DNA of 64,000 nucleotides, from positions 29,574,001 through 29,638,000 of the forward strand of contig OZ024741.1 in NCBI GenBank assembly GCA_964016885.1. Reading direction: 5' to 3'. Both the position numbers and the translations under genes were made by a program. The notes below the pieces were generated by a model. The model did no database searches, was not told the origin of the DNA, and saw only the letters and a program-made list of their open reading frames with translations. Positions 29,825 to 48,539 of the stretch are shown piece by piece. Each line of letters starts with the position of its first letter. Within the stretch, counting starts at the first letter, position 1. Source of the DNA: Eledone cirrhosa (lineage: Eukaryota).

Positions 29825-30050
29825 TTAGGGCCTTGGTCCTTTTGCTCTTAGAAATAGAGAAATGTTTATGAGATTATAGGCAGATTCACCTACAAACCCT
29901 ATGTCGAGGACTTTGGTATAGACGCAGGCTAGAATGGTATATTTCTTGGTCTTGTAGACGTAGGCTTCTTCTGGTCTACTTTGAAATGGCACCGTGATTT
30001 CAAACAAAATCAGCTCCTTTCAGGAAATAGAAAGGAGTATAATTTCTGAC
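29825..30050 (-). pseudogene. REL endonuclease fragment (NeSL/HERO-like LINE)
   Basis: LILFEITVPFQSRPEEAYVYKTKKY matches the ELTVP..E.A...K..KY motif. Confidence 0.6.
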
Positions 30051-30368
30051 ATAAAGACATATTTACTAATCATTTCATGGTGAATTTAAATATTCTGACC
30101 GGAAAAACTCAGTAGGGAGGAACAGATTTCTAAATTTACAAAAAGGCGGACACAGCTGAACACTAATCAGTTTACTTACAGTTTTTCTTTCTACAGTGCG
30201 AGAAATAGATGGCTGATAAGCTAAATCTCTGGTGGTAGTGTCTACAAATCTGAAGCAAGAGAAATCGTTTTCGTGCCTGACTTGGCGATACAGAAGATGA
30301 TTCGAGAGCTGCAATGAAGAACAGAAATTAAAATCCCATCTAAAACTCTATACATTCTCCCATTTAAA

Positions 30369-33300
30369 ATGACTATTCTATATATTTCTCACCCTAAAAC
30401 AACCATTCTATATATTTATCACCCTAAAACAACCATTCTATATATTTCTCACCCTAAAACTTCCATTCTATATATTTCTCACCCTAAAACAACCATTCTA
30501 TATATTTCTCACCCTAAAACAACCATTCTATATATTTATCACCCTAAAACAACCATTCTATATATTTCACACCCTAAAACTTCCATTCTATCTATTTCAC
30601 ACCCTAAAACTACCACTGAGTCTATTTCACACCCTAAAACAACCATTCTATATATTTCACACCCTAAAACTACCATTCTATATATTTCACACCCTAAAAC
30701 AACCATTCTATATATTTCACACCCTAAAACTACCATTCTATATATTTCACAACCTAAAACAACCATTCTATATATTTCACACCCTAAAACAACCATTCTA
30801 TATATTTCACACCCTAAAACTACCATTCTATCTATTTCACAACCTAAAACTTCCATTCTATCTATTTCACACCCTAAAACTACCATTCTATATATTTCAC
30901 ACCCTAAAACTTCCATTCTATATATTTCACACCCTAAAACTACCATTCTATATATTTCACACCCTAAAACTTCCATTCTATATATTTCACACCCTAAAAC
31001 TTCCATTCTATATATTTCACACCCTAAAACAACCATTCTATATATTTCACACCCTAAAACTTCCATTCTATATATTTCACACCCTAAAACTACCATTCTA
31101 TATATTTCACACCCTAAAACAACCATTCTATATATTTCACACCCTAAAACTACCATTCTATATATTTCACACCCTAAAACAACCATTCTATATATTTCAC
31201 ACCCTAAAACTACCATTCTATATATTTCACACCCTAAAACAACCATTCTATATATTTCTCACTCTAAAACAACCATTCTATGTATTTCACACCCTAAAAC
31301 AACCATTCTATATATTTCACACCCTAAAACAACCATTCTATGTATTTCACACCCTAAAACTACCATTCTATATATTTCACACCCTATAACTACCATTCTA
31401 TATATTTCACACCCTAAAACTACCATTCTATATATTTCACACCCTAAAACAACCATTCTATATATTTCACACCCTTAAAACTACCATTTTATATATTTCA
31501 CAGACTATAACTACCATTCTATATATTTCACACCCTATAACTACCAATCTATATATTTCACACCCTATAACTACCAATCTATATATTTCACACCCTAAAA
31601 CTACCATTCTATATATTTCACACCCTAAAACAACCATTCTATATATTTCACACCCTATAACTACCAATCTATATATTTCACACCCTATAACTACCAATCT
31701 ATATATTTCACACCCTAAAACTACCATTCTATATATTTCACACCCTAAAACTTCCATTCTATATATTTCACACCCTAAAACTACCATTCTATATATTTCT
31801 CACTCTAAAACAACCATTCTATCTATTTCACACCCTAAAACTACCATTCTATATATTTCACACCCTAAAACTACCATTCTATATATTTCACACCCTAAAA
31901 CTACCATTCTATATATTTCACACCCTATAACTACCATTCTATATATTTCACACCCTAAAACTACCATTCTATATATTTCACACCCTATAACTACCATTCT
32001 ATCTATTTCACACCCTAAAACAACCATTCTATATATTTCACACCCTAAAACTACCATTTTATATATTTCACACCCTTAAAACTACCATTTTATATATTTC
32101 ACACCCTATAACTACCATTCTATATATTTCACACCCTAAAACAACCATTCTATATATTTCTCACTCTAAAACAACCATTCTATATATTTCACACCCTAAA
32201 ACTACCATTCTATCTATTTCACACCCTAAAACTACCATTTTATATATTTCACACCCTAAAACTACCATTCTATATATTTCACACCCTAAAACTACCATTT
32301 TATATATTTCACACCCTAAAACTACCACTGAGTCTATTTCACACCCTATAACTACCATTCTATATATTTCACACCCTATAAATACCATTCTATATATTTC
32401 ATACCCTATAAATACCATTCTATATATTTCATACCCTATAACTACCATTCTATATATTTCATACCCTAAAACTTCCATTCTATCTATTTCACACCCTAAA
32501 ACTACCACTGAGTCTATTTCACACCCTATAACTACCATTCTATATATTTCACACCCTATAAATACCATTCTATATATTTCACACCCTATAACTACCATTC
32601 TATATATTTCATACCCTATAAATACCATTCTATATATTTCATACCCTATAACTACCAATCTATCTATTTCACAGACTATAACTACCATTCTATATATTTC
32701 ATACCCTATAAATACCATTCTATATATTTCACACCCTATAACTACCATTCTATATATTTCATACCCTATAAATACCATTCTATATATTTCATACCCTATA
32801 ACTACCATTCTATATATTTCATACCCTAAAACTTCCATTCTATCTATTTCACACCCTAAAACTACCACTGAGTCTATTTCACACCCTATAACTACCATTC
32901 TATATATTTCACACCCTATAAATACCATTCTATATATTTCACACCCTATAACTACCATTCTATATATTTCATACCCTATAAATACCATTCTATATATTTC
33001 ATACCCTATAACTACCATTCTATATATTTCATACCCTATAACTACCAATCTATCTATTTCACAGACTATAACTACCATTCTATATATTTCACAGACTATA
33101 ACTACCATTCTATATATTTCACATACTATAACTACCATTCTATATATTTCACACCCTATAACTACAATTCTATCTATTTCACAGACTATAACTACCATTC
33201 TATATATTTCATACCCTATAACTACCATTCTATCTATTTCACAGGCTATAACTACTATTCTACATATTTCATACTCTATAACTACCATTCTATGTATTTC

Positions 33301-33490
33301 ACAGACTATAACTACCATTCTATATATTTCACAGACTATAACTACCATTCTATATATTTCACAGACTATAACTACCATTCTATATATTTCACAGACTATA
33401 ACTACCATTCTATATATTTCACAGATTATAACTACCACTGTGTCCATTTCACACTCTAAACCTACCATTATCTACGTTTCTCACTCTAAA
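30369..33490. repeat. 30-bp minisatellite CACCCTAAAACTACCATTCTATATATTTCA, about 100 units
   Basis: Direct reading. Register shifts by 1 bp near 31475 and 32075. Confidence 0.97.
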
Positions 33491-33910
33491 ACTCAATATT
33501 TACCACACTTGGAGACAACAGATCAAATATCGAAGTACATTTATAATTCTACTTCTTTGCTGAATTTTTTCCGTCCAAATTTCAAGAAAATAAAACCCAC
33601 CCGAACTAAGAAAATCATACTCTAACGTTTCTACACCGCACCGATAATAAAAACATTGAAATGTGCATCAGTAGTGAATTTATTCTCGTTTAAATTTTGC
33701 TTTACTGGAAGAATTTAGAAAGTCAGTTATGAAATGGTGGACATGATAAGAAAGAGGAAGAATGTGGTGAAAATATATTCTCACTGACTTTGACGTCATT
33801 GTCATTGGTCCCTTAAACTAACCCCTATCTCCCTCACTTCTCTGACTAGTTTGTAGATCCAGTATCCGTAAAATACATTCAACTTCATAGCCTTTATTAT
33901 TAGAGAGTAG

Positions 33911-34101
33911 GGCGGTAGATTGGTAGTATCGGTAGAGGGTCGGACACCATGCTTTGACACATGGAGTTACGGCCCTTGCCATTCTGAGTTCAAATCCCGC
34001 CGAGGTTAACTTTGCCTGTCATCTTTACGAGGTCGATAAAATAGAGTACCAGTAATGCACTGGGATAATTGCTGGTCTTGTGCCTACAGTAGAAACATTA
34101 T
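33911..34101 (+). mobile_element. SINE with Meta/MESC-like core
   Basis: B box GAGTTCAAATCC followed by GCCGAGGTTAACTTTGCC..GGTCGATAAAATAGAGTACCAG. Related copies elsewhere in the window. Confidence 0.8.
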
Positions 34102-35522
34102 TAGAGCTACAGGTTAAATATTAACCCACGTGAACAAAAGTATAATAGAACTTGGACTTGTAGAGAAAGAACGTGTCTCTTTCATTCCTAAGTTACAAAT
34201 GGCTGCGATATTTGGAGCCTTTAAAATATGAAGACAATTCTTGTAATTCACATAAACGCTTACACAAGAGACGACCATTTTCTTTTCTTTACAACCTTGC
34301 CACCGGGTAGGTGGCCGACCAAAAATAATCTCTAAAATGAGAAAGGGAGAACATAAACAAATACACACATACACACACAAATACACACACACATACAGAC
34401 CCCCCCCCCATATATCCCCATATATATATGTGTGTGTGTGTGTGCGCGCGTGTATATACATATATATGTGCATATATGAATACATTCAGTCTTACATATA
34501 CTTATTCAGATATAAACACACAGAACCAGACACACACACATACACACATACACACACACACACACATATATATATATATGTGTGTGTGTACACATATGTA
34601 AATATGTGCATATATGTATGCGTGTGTATAAATTCAGACATATATATACATATTTATGTATAAACACACACACACAGGACTGTCTGTGTGTGTGTGTGCG
34701 TGTATGTATATATATATATATATATCATTTTGTGAGTATATATATATATATATATATAATTTTGTGAGTATATATATATGTGTATGTGTGTGTGTATATA
34801 TATATGTATGTATGTGTATACATTCAGACATAGATATAGATATTCACCTACACACAGACACACACGCATGCACACATATATATATATTCCTACACTCAGA
34901 TATACATATTCCTATATGACTATGTGATGACTGTGTGTCTCAGAATCATCAGATATAACAATCGACTTATATTTCTCTATCTGTGTTTATCTATTTGATT
35001 GGGCCAGTGTTTGTTTTTATAATTCACTTTTGGCAATGTCTCTTTCTACAATAATACAATCAAAAGGAATATTAACGAAATACAAACCAACTTCTATAGG
35101 AATAGAATATATTTTCTCATACGTATTTTTTATATCATGTACGGAACATAAACTTTTATATATACTACTAACACGTGGACGATATCTGTTTTATAGCTTT
35201 ATACACACACATACTCATCGCAAAATGTATATATGTTTGTGAGTGCGCATGTGAAATTATGTATAAGGGCAAACTCATACACGCATAAACATACTCACTC
35301 ACATACATCACTCAATACACATTCACACATACATACACATACACACATAAATCTATATATAAAAGCACCCATATTTGTGAGTATTTTTATTGTATTTTTA
35401 CACATACATCCACAAACAAATACACACACACACACACATATATATATATGTATGCATATATATATATATACACACACACATATATATATACATGTATATA
35501 TATATACACACATATATATATG

Positions 35523-35624
<102 letters not shown>

Positions 35625-36269
35625 GTATGGGAAATGGGATAAAATAAATCACGAACAAACAGAACAGTGCAGAAGCGAAATACAAAAATGTAGGCGACGT
35701 GACAAATATAGCAATAACAATGACAAATCCCAATCTTCAGTCGATTCCTATTATCCCACAGTCGCTAAATAGTGGTAAAACTACAGCTTCGAGTCCCACC
35801 ACGACACTACTTCCAACTTTGAAAGTGATGAACGACGCGTGGGTAAAAATATACTCTGTGTAAATGACGCCCAGACCAACAAGCACATATGTTAGACTTA
35901 CACATACAAGAAGAAGAATGTAAATAAATTCCTGGGATATAATTATGGACAGGCAGGAACAAAAGGGCTGTGATATCAAGATTAAACAAAGGGTGGTTAA
36001 AGTTAGGAGATAACTCAGTGAATACTTCGCTAGGGGAAGAATTAGGGTCCTATATAGATGAAGGTAGGTAGAGATCTGTTTAACAAAGGGTTTTTATTAT
36101 CATAAAACAAATTTATAATTAAATAAAAATACATATAATCAATGAATTATTGCTCTTAACCTTATAAATATCGACAGTCAATCGACTTTCGTCAAATCGG
36201 ACCAAGGAAACAATGTTTCTGTTGGTCTTTCCAATTGCTAATACTATCTATCGGTTGCAACTTCAGGTA

Positions 36270-36373
36270 GAAGGAACAAGTGTCTTGCCCAAGGACATAA
36301 CGCATAGGAGGGTCCAGGAATCGAACTCACAACCTCACGACTGCGAATCCAATTCTCTTACCACTCAGCCACA
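36270..36373 (-). mobile_element. tRNA-derived SINE head
   Basis: A box TGGCTGAGTGG, B box GAGTTCGATTCC, then GTCCTTGGGCAAGACACTT. Confidence 0.75.
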
Positions 36374-36468
36374 AAAATATACAATGAAAGCGACAAAATA
36401 TACTTTGACTATTGAGGAGTCAGGGCTGACATTTGGAACTGTGACGTGAAGACTCTACCACCAACATG

Positions 36469-36850
36469 TTATGACGTGGATCCCGCCAAGAAAGCATCAT
36501 CGAGATACCAGGCATTTAAATTCAGGACAACTCCCAACTCAGTAGCGTCATAGATAACCAGTGCGAATACAGTAAGGCCCAGAGGGTCACCCTGTTGGAC
36601 CCCTGAGGCAGATGGGATGAAATGATCACAAAAGGAGAGCTCGGAGGGCTGTAAGTAAGCTGCGAGGCCGTCTTCATTACTGAACGGAGGATGATCCTGA
36701 CTGATTGAATTGAAAGCGTTCCTGAGATCTACGTTGAGGATAACCTTTGGAGTCTCAGAAGGCAAGTTTGTAAAAATTCTAGTGGTGTAACCGGCAGCCT
36801 GACAACCTAGCTTGGTACCCACCCTAAGTTGAATAGGGGAAAATTCGGCG
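36469..36850 (-). pseudogene. CRE-clade-like RT fragment
   Basis: QLRVGTKLGCQAA, VDLRNAFNSI, GVQQGDPLG, NAWYLDD. Confidence 0.8.
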
Positions 36851-37339
36851 GACAATCTGAAATCGAGGATAGACATACTTTCGCTGCGAGCCGACGCAGA
36901 GTACATCCAACTGGTATGGGGATATATGTCATCATTTTGTAAGACAAAACAGTTTAGCCCCGAAATACAGGGGGAGAGTATTGTACATGATCACACACCT
37001 CCTACGTTTTCTGTATTTTCCGATTGGAGGCGAAATTCGTTGAAAACATCAAACAAACAAAACCAAAATTTATTTTATTTCCAATGCAAGATCGATGTAA
37101 TTGTAAGAATTTACCAATTCAACAACATATCATCTAACTGACAATGTAACCTGTAGCTAGAAGAAAATCAAAATATATACATACTCCTAATATTTGTAAA
37201 TAAAATATATTGAAAAACTCTTATAGCTAATGTAAATACAATGACTGAGGTAAATAAACGTAGTTTCTACAACGGAAATACTAAACACTTTATCACTCCC
37301 ACCGTATTCATTCAGCATCCCATTGTATGACGGCACTTA

Positions 37340-37480
37340 ATAGATCCTCTAGTTCAAATCCTGCTCAAGTCACCCTTTTATCCTTCCGGGGTCGGGAAAA
37401 TAAACTACCAATTAAGTATTGCGTCGATTCAATCCGCTCTCCCTCCGACCAAAATTGCTGACTCTCTACCAAAAATACAT
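37340..37480 (+). mobile_element. Degenerate Meta-core SINE
   Basis: AGTTCAAATCC..TATCCTTCCGGGGTCGGGAAAATAAACTACCA. Confidence 0.55.
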
Positions 37481-37849
37481 TAACTAGACAAACGTATTTA
37501 GAAACAGCGAGTTTGACTGGAAAACTGAACATGACCTTGTGTTTGTTCATGAGTTTCTAGAATTGTCTCTAGAACTGATAATACCCCAAACAAATTAATT
37601 TTACTATAACACGATGGACACTTGATAATCACTTTGTGATAAAGAGAGTGCGCCTCAAAGGCTTGTCTCCACACTCGCAAGCCCTACAGAGCGTCGGATA
37701 GGCCTGGAAAGTTGTCATCTTTCCAGGCCCCAGAGCTGCTCCCACCGAACACTAGCATGAACTGTGACGTCTAGTGCCAAAAAACTAGACAGATTATTGG
37801 CGGAATTCGCTCGGATGTACGCACACCATGGTCCTGTTAGATTCATTCA

Positions 37850-38200
37850 TCCTAACATTCGGCCGCATACATCAACAATGACAGGTGAGAAGCTCCTAGA
37901 GCAGGCATAGGAGGTTTTGTCCCACCCACCGTATTCACTCGACCTCGCGCCTACAGACTACCAACTTTTTCTCTCAATAAATAATGCAGTCAAAAACATT
38001 TGCCAATGAAGACCAGTTAGATCAGTGGCTAACGGAATTATTTGCATCGAAGCCAGAATACTTCTATAGTGATGGAATCATGTATCACCCAAAACGATGC
38101 TAGAAATTAATCGCAAATGATGGCGATTATTTTGACTTGTAAAATGTTCCTAATGTTATCAAACGCCAAATTCAATAAAAATTTGAAAAACGTTTTGTTC
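37850..38200 (+). pseudogene. Mariner transposase C-terminal relic
   Basis: HPPYSLDLAPTDYQLF at about 37923 resembles the mariner HPPYSPDLAPSDYHLF motif. Confidence 0.8.
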
Positions 38201-38559
38201 AGCCTACTCTGCATAATAAAAGAGAGAATTATACGCGTTATTTGAGCATTTCCAATCATCTAGTACAAGGTGTCCGTACATTTATTTCGTAATCGCCCAC
38301 TTTCGGATGACCGCCCATCTGTACAGTAAATATTCAAAAGCATACCAAAAATGTTTGGTAAAAGTTTGTTACTGGTTCGGAAACGTTTTGATTTGTAAAA
38401 AGATACAAAAGGGAGGTAACAAATGATGCTGACATGCGGCTGCTGCTACTACCATATTAAAGAACAAATGAAAGTACATTTGACAATTTAAATCATTTTA
38501 TTAAATTTAATTATAAATTTAATTAATATAATTTAGTTTCGTACTCAAATTTAGTTTTA

Positions 38560-39600
38560 TGGATAGGGTTAACGAATATGTCACAAGGAAAGAAAAGGGG
38601 ATAATGGAGTGTTTTGAATAGAGAAAAATATTGTATCAAACAGTTCGACAAAATGGTCAACACAGTTGCTTTTTGACAACCATTGTATTTCAGTGTGGTA
38701 CAAAAGCCTCACATAGTCATCATCATTATCAAGGTAGAGTTGATGGAAAATTAGTTCAGACAAAGAATTCGATTTTAGATTATTCAAAGTTTTAATAGCT
38801 AACCGCAGTACATCATTAAGCCTGTTGTCGATATCTTTTGCCACTAAATGTTGCTGAGGGCCACACAGTGAACTGTGATGTTTTGCCCATCAAAATATAT
38901 CTTCAATAAATCCAAAATAGACGTACTTTTTGTGTCAAGCAACAATTGATCAGTCCACAGCATCTCACAAGTTTAAATATTTTCATTAAAAAAACGAACA
39001 TACATCATCATCAAGCATTGACTTCCCACAACTGTTGATTTGTCAACTTGCATTAAAAATGTATAACTCCGGAGATTATGGATGAGCTGATGTTTAACGT
39101 TTCATCTATACGTCGAGAGGTTGTGTTATTACTAAGTGGAATTGTTTTCATAATTGTGTCAGGCTTTTTATGTATTATAGTCGAGAGAATTTATTCAATA
39201 ACAGGTCGAAGTAATGTTTCTTCTATAGTGTGGGATTTGCTGACATTTGTGATCAGTAACGCAATCTTGTGCGATGTAACCATCCAGTTATCCTGCTGTG
39301 TAGTTGCTTTCTGAAATTCCGAGATCAACGTTTTCAGCTTTTTGAATGAAATCTCAAGTTGTAAGAAATATGACAATAGTTTTTTTCCTGATGGTCAGCA
39401 TGCTCAGAATATAAATGATACTTTAAACATGAAGGCTTCATGGCTTCTTTTCTTAATGTTTGGCTGCAAATATTACATATAAGTAATTGACTGTTGTAAG
39501 GAGAAGCGATAAACCAATAAAATAAATAATCAATGGTGTATTGGCGACAAATTGTCTTAAACGGAGACTTAGGGGTGTTTCAAAATCGTACAATACACAG
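38560..39600 (-). pseudogene. hAT (Charlie/Buster-type) transposase relic
   Basis: SKSHTIEETLLRP (KPHTIGETLI.P) and LLYHTEIQWLSKSNC (HTEVRWLSKG). Confidence 0.8.
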
Positions 39601-39749
39601 AGAAAATAGTAGGAACAATAGATAACCAAATTTTTGTTCACCAAATTATATTATTACTCAAAATTACTCAAAAGCACAAGAGCGTTACAATCTCCTGACC
39701 GTTAATAAAATCAAACAACTTCAAGTGGATGTCTGTTTATATGAGCATG

Positions 39750-40215
39750 CGCTTTGAGCTGTGAACAGGTTCTATCTTGGGATTTTCATATTTTGTATGG
39801 CATTGTCATCCAAAAGAATATGATCGCGAATACCAGCGGCCGAAATGGGGTTCTTCCGAAATGTTTTGGAGTAAGGTTACTCAATAGACCGCATAGCTCG
39901 GAGATGAGAGAGTCACTTCAGGTAGAGCCACTACTTCTCCGAGAAATCACAGCTCTGATACTATGGACATGTGGTTAGAATGTCTCAGGAAAGAATCGCT
40001 GGAGATATTTTACGGGCAAAACCAACTGGCAGGAGACCCAGAGGTTGACCCCTAACAAGATGGTTGATGAAAACGAGGAGCTCCACTGGTCTCGCTTAGG
40101 CATTCCATCGGATCAATTGGAATGGTTGCTTCTGACAAGACCCACTGCAAGAAGTGTTTGAGGACTCTTCCCCCACGACCCTCGCAGAAATAATTGGGCG
40201 AACAAAAGGAGAAGA
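39750..40215 (+). pseudogene. Degenerate RTE LINE 3' fragment
   Basis: AAEMGFLR, SSEMRESLQVEPLLL, YGHVVRMSQER and GRRPRG in shifting frames. Confidence 0.75.
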
Positions 40216-40583
40216 TCGTTACTCAAGCCTTGTTGTCTACGGCATGTCATTAGCGTCTTAGCTTGTGTGATATCTCGGTTGTGGTGGCGTTGGCGAGTTT
40301 ATCCCGAAATCCCTTCTTAATTTTAAGGAGAGGGACAAGAGTGTGCGGTGAGTGGGTGGGGGAGGGAGAGTAAGACAGAGAAACAGAGTGAAAAGAAAAA
40401 TTAGAGGTAAAATGTAAGAAAGGGGGTGGACACAAGAGTATTACTATTGTGGGAATATATATTACAGCTTTGATTTAGGGGTTAGATTGGTATGGCCGTA
40501 GTCTATATATATATCATCATCATCAACGTTTTACGCCCATTCTTCCACGCTAGCATGGGTTAGACAGGTTGTCCTGTTAGCTG

Positions 40584-40667
<84 letters not shown>

Positions 40668-40674
40668 GTATATG

Positions 40675-40718
<44 letters not shown>

Positions 40719-40720
<2 letters not shown>

Positions 40721-42933
40721 TAGCGAGGTTTTTTATATGAAATCGTGTGTCGAAACAGATATTGTTATACTTGGGGAGGGTCATATTTGTGTAATATTGC
40801 CAGAATTAATAACAGAACACACTCACTGTTTGGTTGGTTTTCGCTTCTCGCTGTCTTTTATATCTGCGATCTAACTTACTCGGTCCTCAATGTTGCCATT
40901 GACTGACCGGCGGTCAAAAATAATACAGATACAATATAGACACAAACACATATATATAGTTTACATAATTTACATAAATCTTTCGTTGCACATCTGCAAC
41001 ATCGTCAGTGGTGTTATATTCATTGTTCCTCCTGTTGTGTTGTATGTCTACGCCATTTTTTTTTATTCAGTCTGTCTATATATTTATTTATTTATGTGAT
41101 TGTTTGTTTATCTTATTTTATTTTGTCTTCTTTGCGCATGCGTTTGCGTGTGTGTATAGTGTTATGTGTGATGTGTGACTAGTGTGTATAGTGTTGTGTC
41201 TGCTGGGTGACTAGTGTGTGTTTATGTGCTTGTTGTTATTGTGCTTGTGTATGTATTTATTTATCTTATTTTATTTTATTTTATAAACTTATTTATACTT
41301 CTCTTAGGTCAATGTTGTTTGTTTGGGTGTTGTTGTTGTTCCACTCATTCTTTCTGTTTAGCTTTGGTCTTCTAATTTCTATTTCACTGGCCTCTCTGAT
41401 TTGCCTATCTGCTGGGTCATTCCTATGTTTAGATATTATTCTAATTTCTATGTTGTCTATGTTACCGTCATGTTGTTGTCTAGCATGTTCGTATAGTACT
41501 GACCCGTTTTGTCGTCCTTTTAGTTCCCCCCAGTGTTGGTCTATCCTATCACCTATGCTACGAGCTGTCTCACCTATGTATGTTGTTGTCATGTTTCTGC
41601 AAGTACCCTCTGTACATCTTATGCTATAGACTACGTTTCTAGTTTTAGAGTTTATCCGGGGGTTCACCTTACATATGATACATTTCCTATTGGTACAGTG
41701 GGTTTTCTTAAAAGGGTAGGTTTTGCTGATCAGGGATTTTATGGTGGTTCCTGGCTTTTCTACCACCTTTATTTTTAAGTGGGTCTTTCTCAGGGCCTTT
41801 CTACACTGGTTAGCTAATTTCCCTCCAGGGGTGGCGTCCACAAACATGACACTCTGATATCTCTGGTTGTCGTACCATGATGTGGCCTTCCCTATCTTAT
41901 GTCTAGCCCTATCTAAGCTATTCCATGATTTGCTCCTGTATAGTGGGCAAATTCCTTTCATGTCCAGTTCTATGAGGGTCTTATACTTTTCCATGGCTCC
42001 TTCGTATACTCTGACTCTGTCTCTTTGGTTGTAGCCAGAGAACTGCATGCGGTTGATGAAGTGTTGGATGTGTCCTTCCATTTCTGTTGGGTCGCACATG
42101 CTGGACACATTCTTCATCACTCGTACCAAATCTGCGATCAGAATATTAAACTTAGCACTACTGGACATTGCTGAGTTTTTGAGTATCAGGTATTTGGAGG
42201 CCATTGGTTTAGCATAGTGTGAGTGGAGAATTTGGGCTCTCTCGTCTATAGTGTTAATCCAGAGTTCTGTGTCTAATACAGGTAGTCTATTGTTAGGGTG
42301 TTTTGAAGGGAAGTCTATAGTTACAGTTATACTCTGGTGTATGGAATTAGCTATCTGCTGGATGCTTTCCATCGTGCTACGTTCTAAATCAAACTTGTTA
42401 GTGCTCTCTAGTGGGGGTGTTCTTATAACTATATTGATATCGTCTACATAACGAGAGTACATGATGAGGTCTATGGAGCTTTCATTAAGGAGATATTTAA
42501 GTCTCCTTTCCCACCATACCATGAAAAGGTTGGCAACATCACCAGCTATGCTGCTCCCTCATTTTGGGTGTAGATTTTCTCATTGAACTTAAATATGTGG
42601 CCCTTTAGGGTAGTTTTGATACTAGCCCCTATTGCATGTGCGACCATTTTTCTTACCTGATCAGTGTTTTGGGGGGTCCGTATAGCTTTGGTCCACCCAA
42701 TCCACCTTTCTATGGGAGTCTTTTTAGCCATTGAGGTTATGGTGGGGGGTCTACCTCTTATAGGTCTACTAGGGCAGAAACATTTAAGGTCATGGCTGTC
42801 TAGGTAGTCAGTGTCGTAGGTAAGTCTAAGTAGGAGGCCCAGTTCGTCTGTGTCGACGTCGCAGAACTCCACCTCACTCTCAATGATCATCTCCACACAT
42901 CTTTTCACAGCAAAATCAATGTTAATGGATGGC
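40719..42933 (-). mobile_element. 5'-truncated Penelope-like element (RT + GIY-YIG) with 3' pLTR
   Basis: FKFNEKIYTQNEG, a small deletion/frameshift at about 42550, then AGDVANLFMVWW..YSRYVDDI..LPVLDT..YAKPMAS. EN: VVYSIRC..TYIGETARSIGDRIDQH, stop at 41293. Confidence 0.9.
40945..41016 (-). ncRNA. Hammerhead motif in the PLE pLTR
   Basis: AACACCA-CTGACGA-T-GTTGCA-GATG-TGCAAC-GAAA. Stem III and the 3' strand of stem I are degenerate. Confidence 0.55.
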
Positions 42934-43277
42934 ATTAACACACACACACACACATATATATATATACATATAAACATACAAGCATGGTATAAAGCTGAGA
43001 ATAGAGTGAGTGTGAGGGAGGGACGTAAAAGTGAAAGTAAGTGAGGTGAGAGGGGTGAGTGTACAAAGTGAGCAAGATGAGTGCCGAGAAAATAGGTTGA
43101 CATAGCATTTGAACGGTGACAGTGCTAAATCAAGTGTCAGTATCAACGTTTCTATGGATCACCGAGATTGACAAAATATAGAGAGCATCTATGATATTCT
43201 TGTTGATATTCTTGGTATTTGTGACTTTTTATTAAGCCTGTCTTGCATATATATATACACACACAGAGACACACACA

Positions 43278-47454
<4,177 letters not shown>

Positions 47455-47667
47455 ATTTCTCTCTCTCTCTATATATATATATTAAGAATATTTTCGCAAC
47501 AGCGAGTGGGTTTGAAATTATTAGAAATGTAAGCTATCGCCGTATTTTGACTAAAGAAATTAAAGAAATTATTAAGCCTGTTAGTGGGGTTAAGAACACT
47601 CGGAGAAATGGAAATAGATGAGTGTTGACGTACATGGGAGTCAATACTCATCTTGTATATATATATA

Positions 47668-47725
<58 letters not shown>

Positions 47726-47799
47726 CGATCTATTTATCTATCTATATATATATATATATATATATATATCGTCAAAAATAGATATATATGACTGCACTG

Positions 47800-48450
47800 G
47801 TGGGAATGGGGAAATTCACAGGCTCCCGACTGTCAAAATGTGTTATGGACTGGATTCTGTTGGGAGGAATGATTTACCTCTTGAAGCTTCGTCTGAAAGA
47901 TATGTGCCTGTGGGTGGTGCAAGTATATATCAGAAACAAAGAGTTCGATTACAGATCCTTCCTTGATGAAGTCACTGCAGTGTTAGATATAGTTAGAGCC
48001 ATCTCTCCAAATGAGTGACTTCAATGCACTTGTTCGCACTGACCACCTGGCATGGAAAGGAGTGATTGGAAGAAAAGGAGATCCCCTCTTAATACGAATG
48101 GAGAGGTCTTTTCTATATTTGATTTAGTAATGGGTTCTCTATTATGAACACCTTCTTCTAGCGCAGAAAACATTCATAAATATACTTGGTATAAGGTGAA
48201 TCAGGGACAGAGGTCAGTAATTGATTTTGTTATTGTCTCTGGTGTGTTTGATTCTGTGCTGGATGTTCATGTTAAGAAAACGGCTGAGCTGTCAACTGAT
48301 CACCATCTGGTTATCTGAAAATGGGAATATCTAAATCCAAGGAAACACACAAAACGGGTAGACCCAGACGTACTGAATAATGTGGTAAACGTTGACAGCT
48401 AAGGAAGTCAGGAACAACTATGCAGATACTATTGTATCCAACATTGGTCT
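47800..48450 (+). pseudogene. Degenerate RTE APE endonuclease fragment
   Basis: VVQVY, DFNA, IMNTFF, HKYTWY, RSVIDFV, LSTDHHLV. Confidence 0.75.
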
Positions 48451-48539
48451 TCCTTCTGGCCTTTGCCGTACAAGCAGGTGTGAAAGTTCATAGGAGAGAC
48501 AGTAAAGGCGTCCAAAATTAAGAGAAGGGGACTTTATTA

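Noticed and set aside
30369-33468. Long decapeptide-repeat ORFs on both strands
   Set aside because: A by-product of a stop-free 30-bp unit; broken by 1-bp indels and lacking unique termini.
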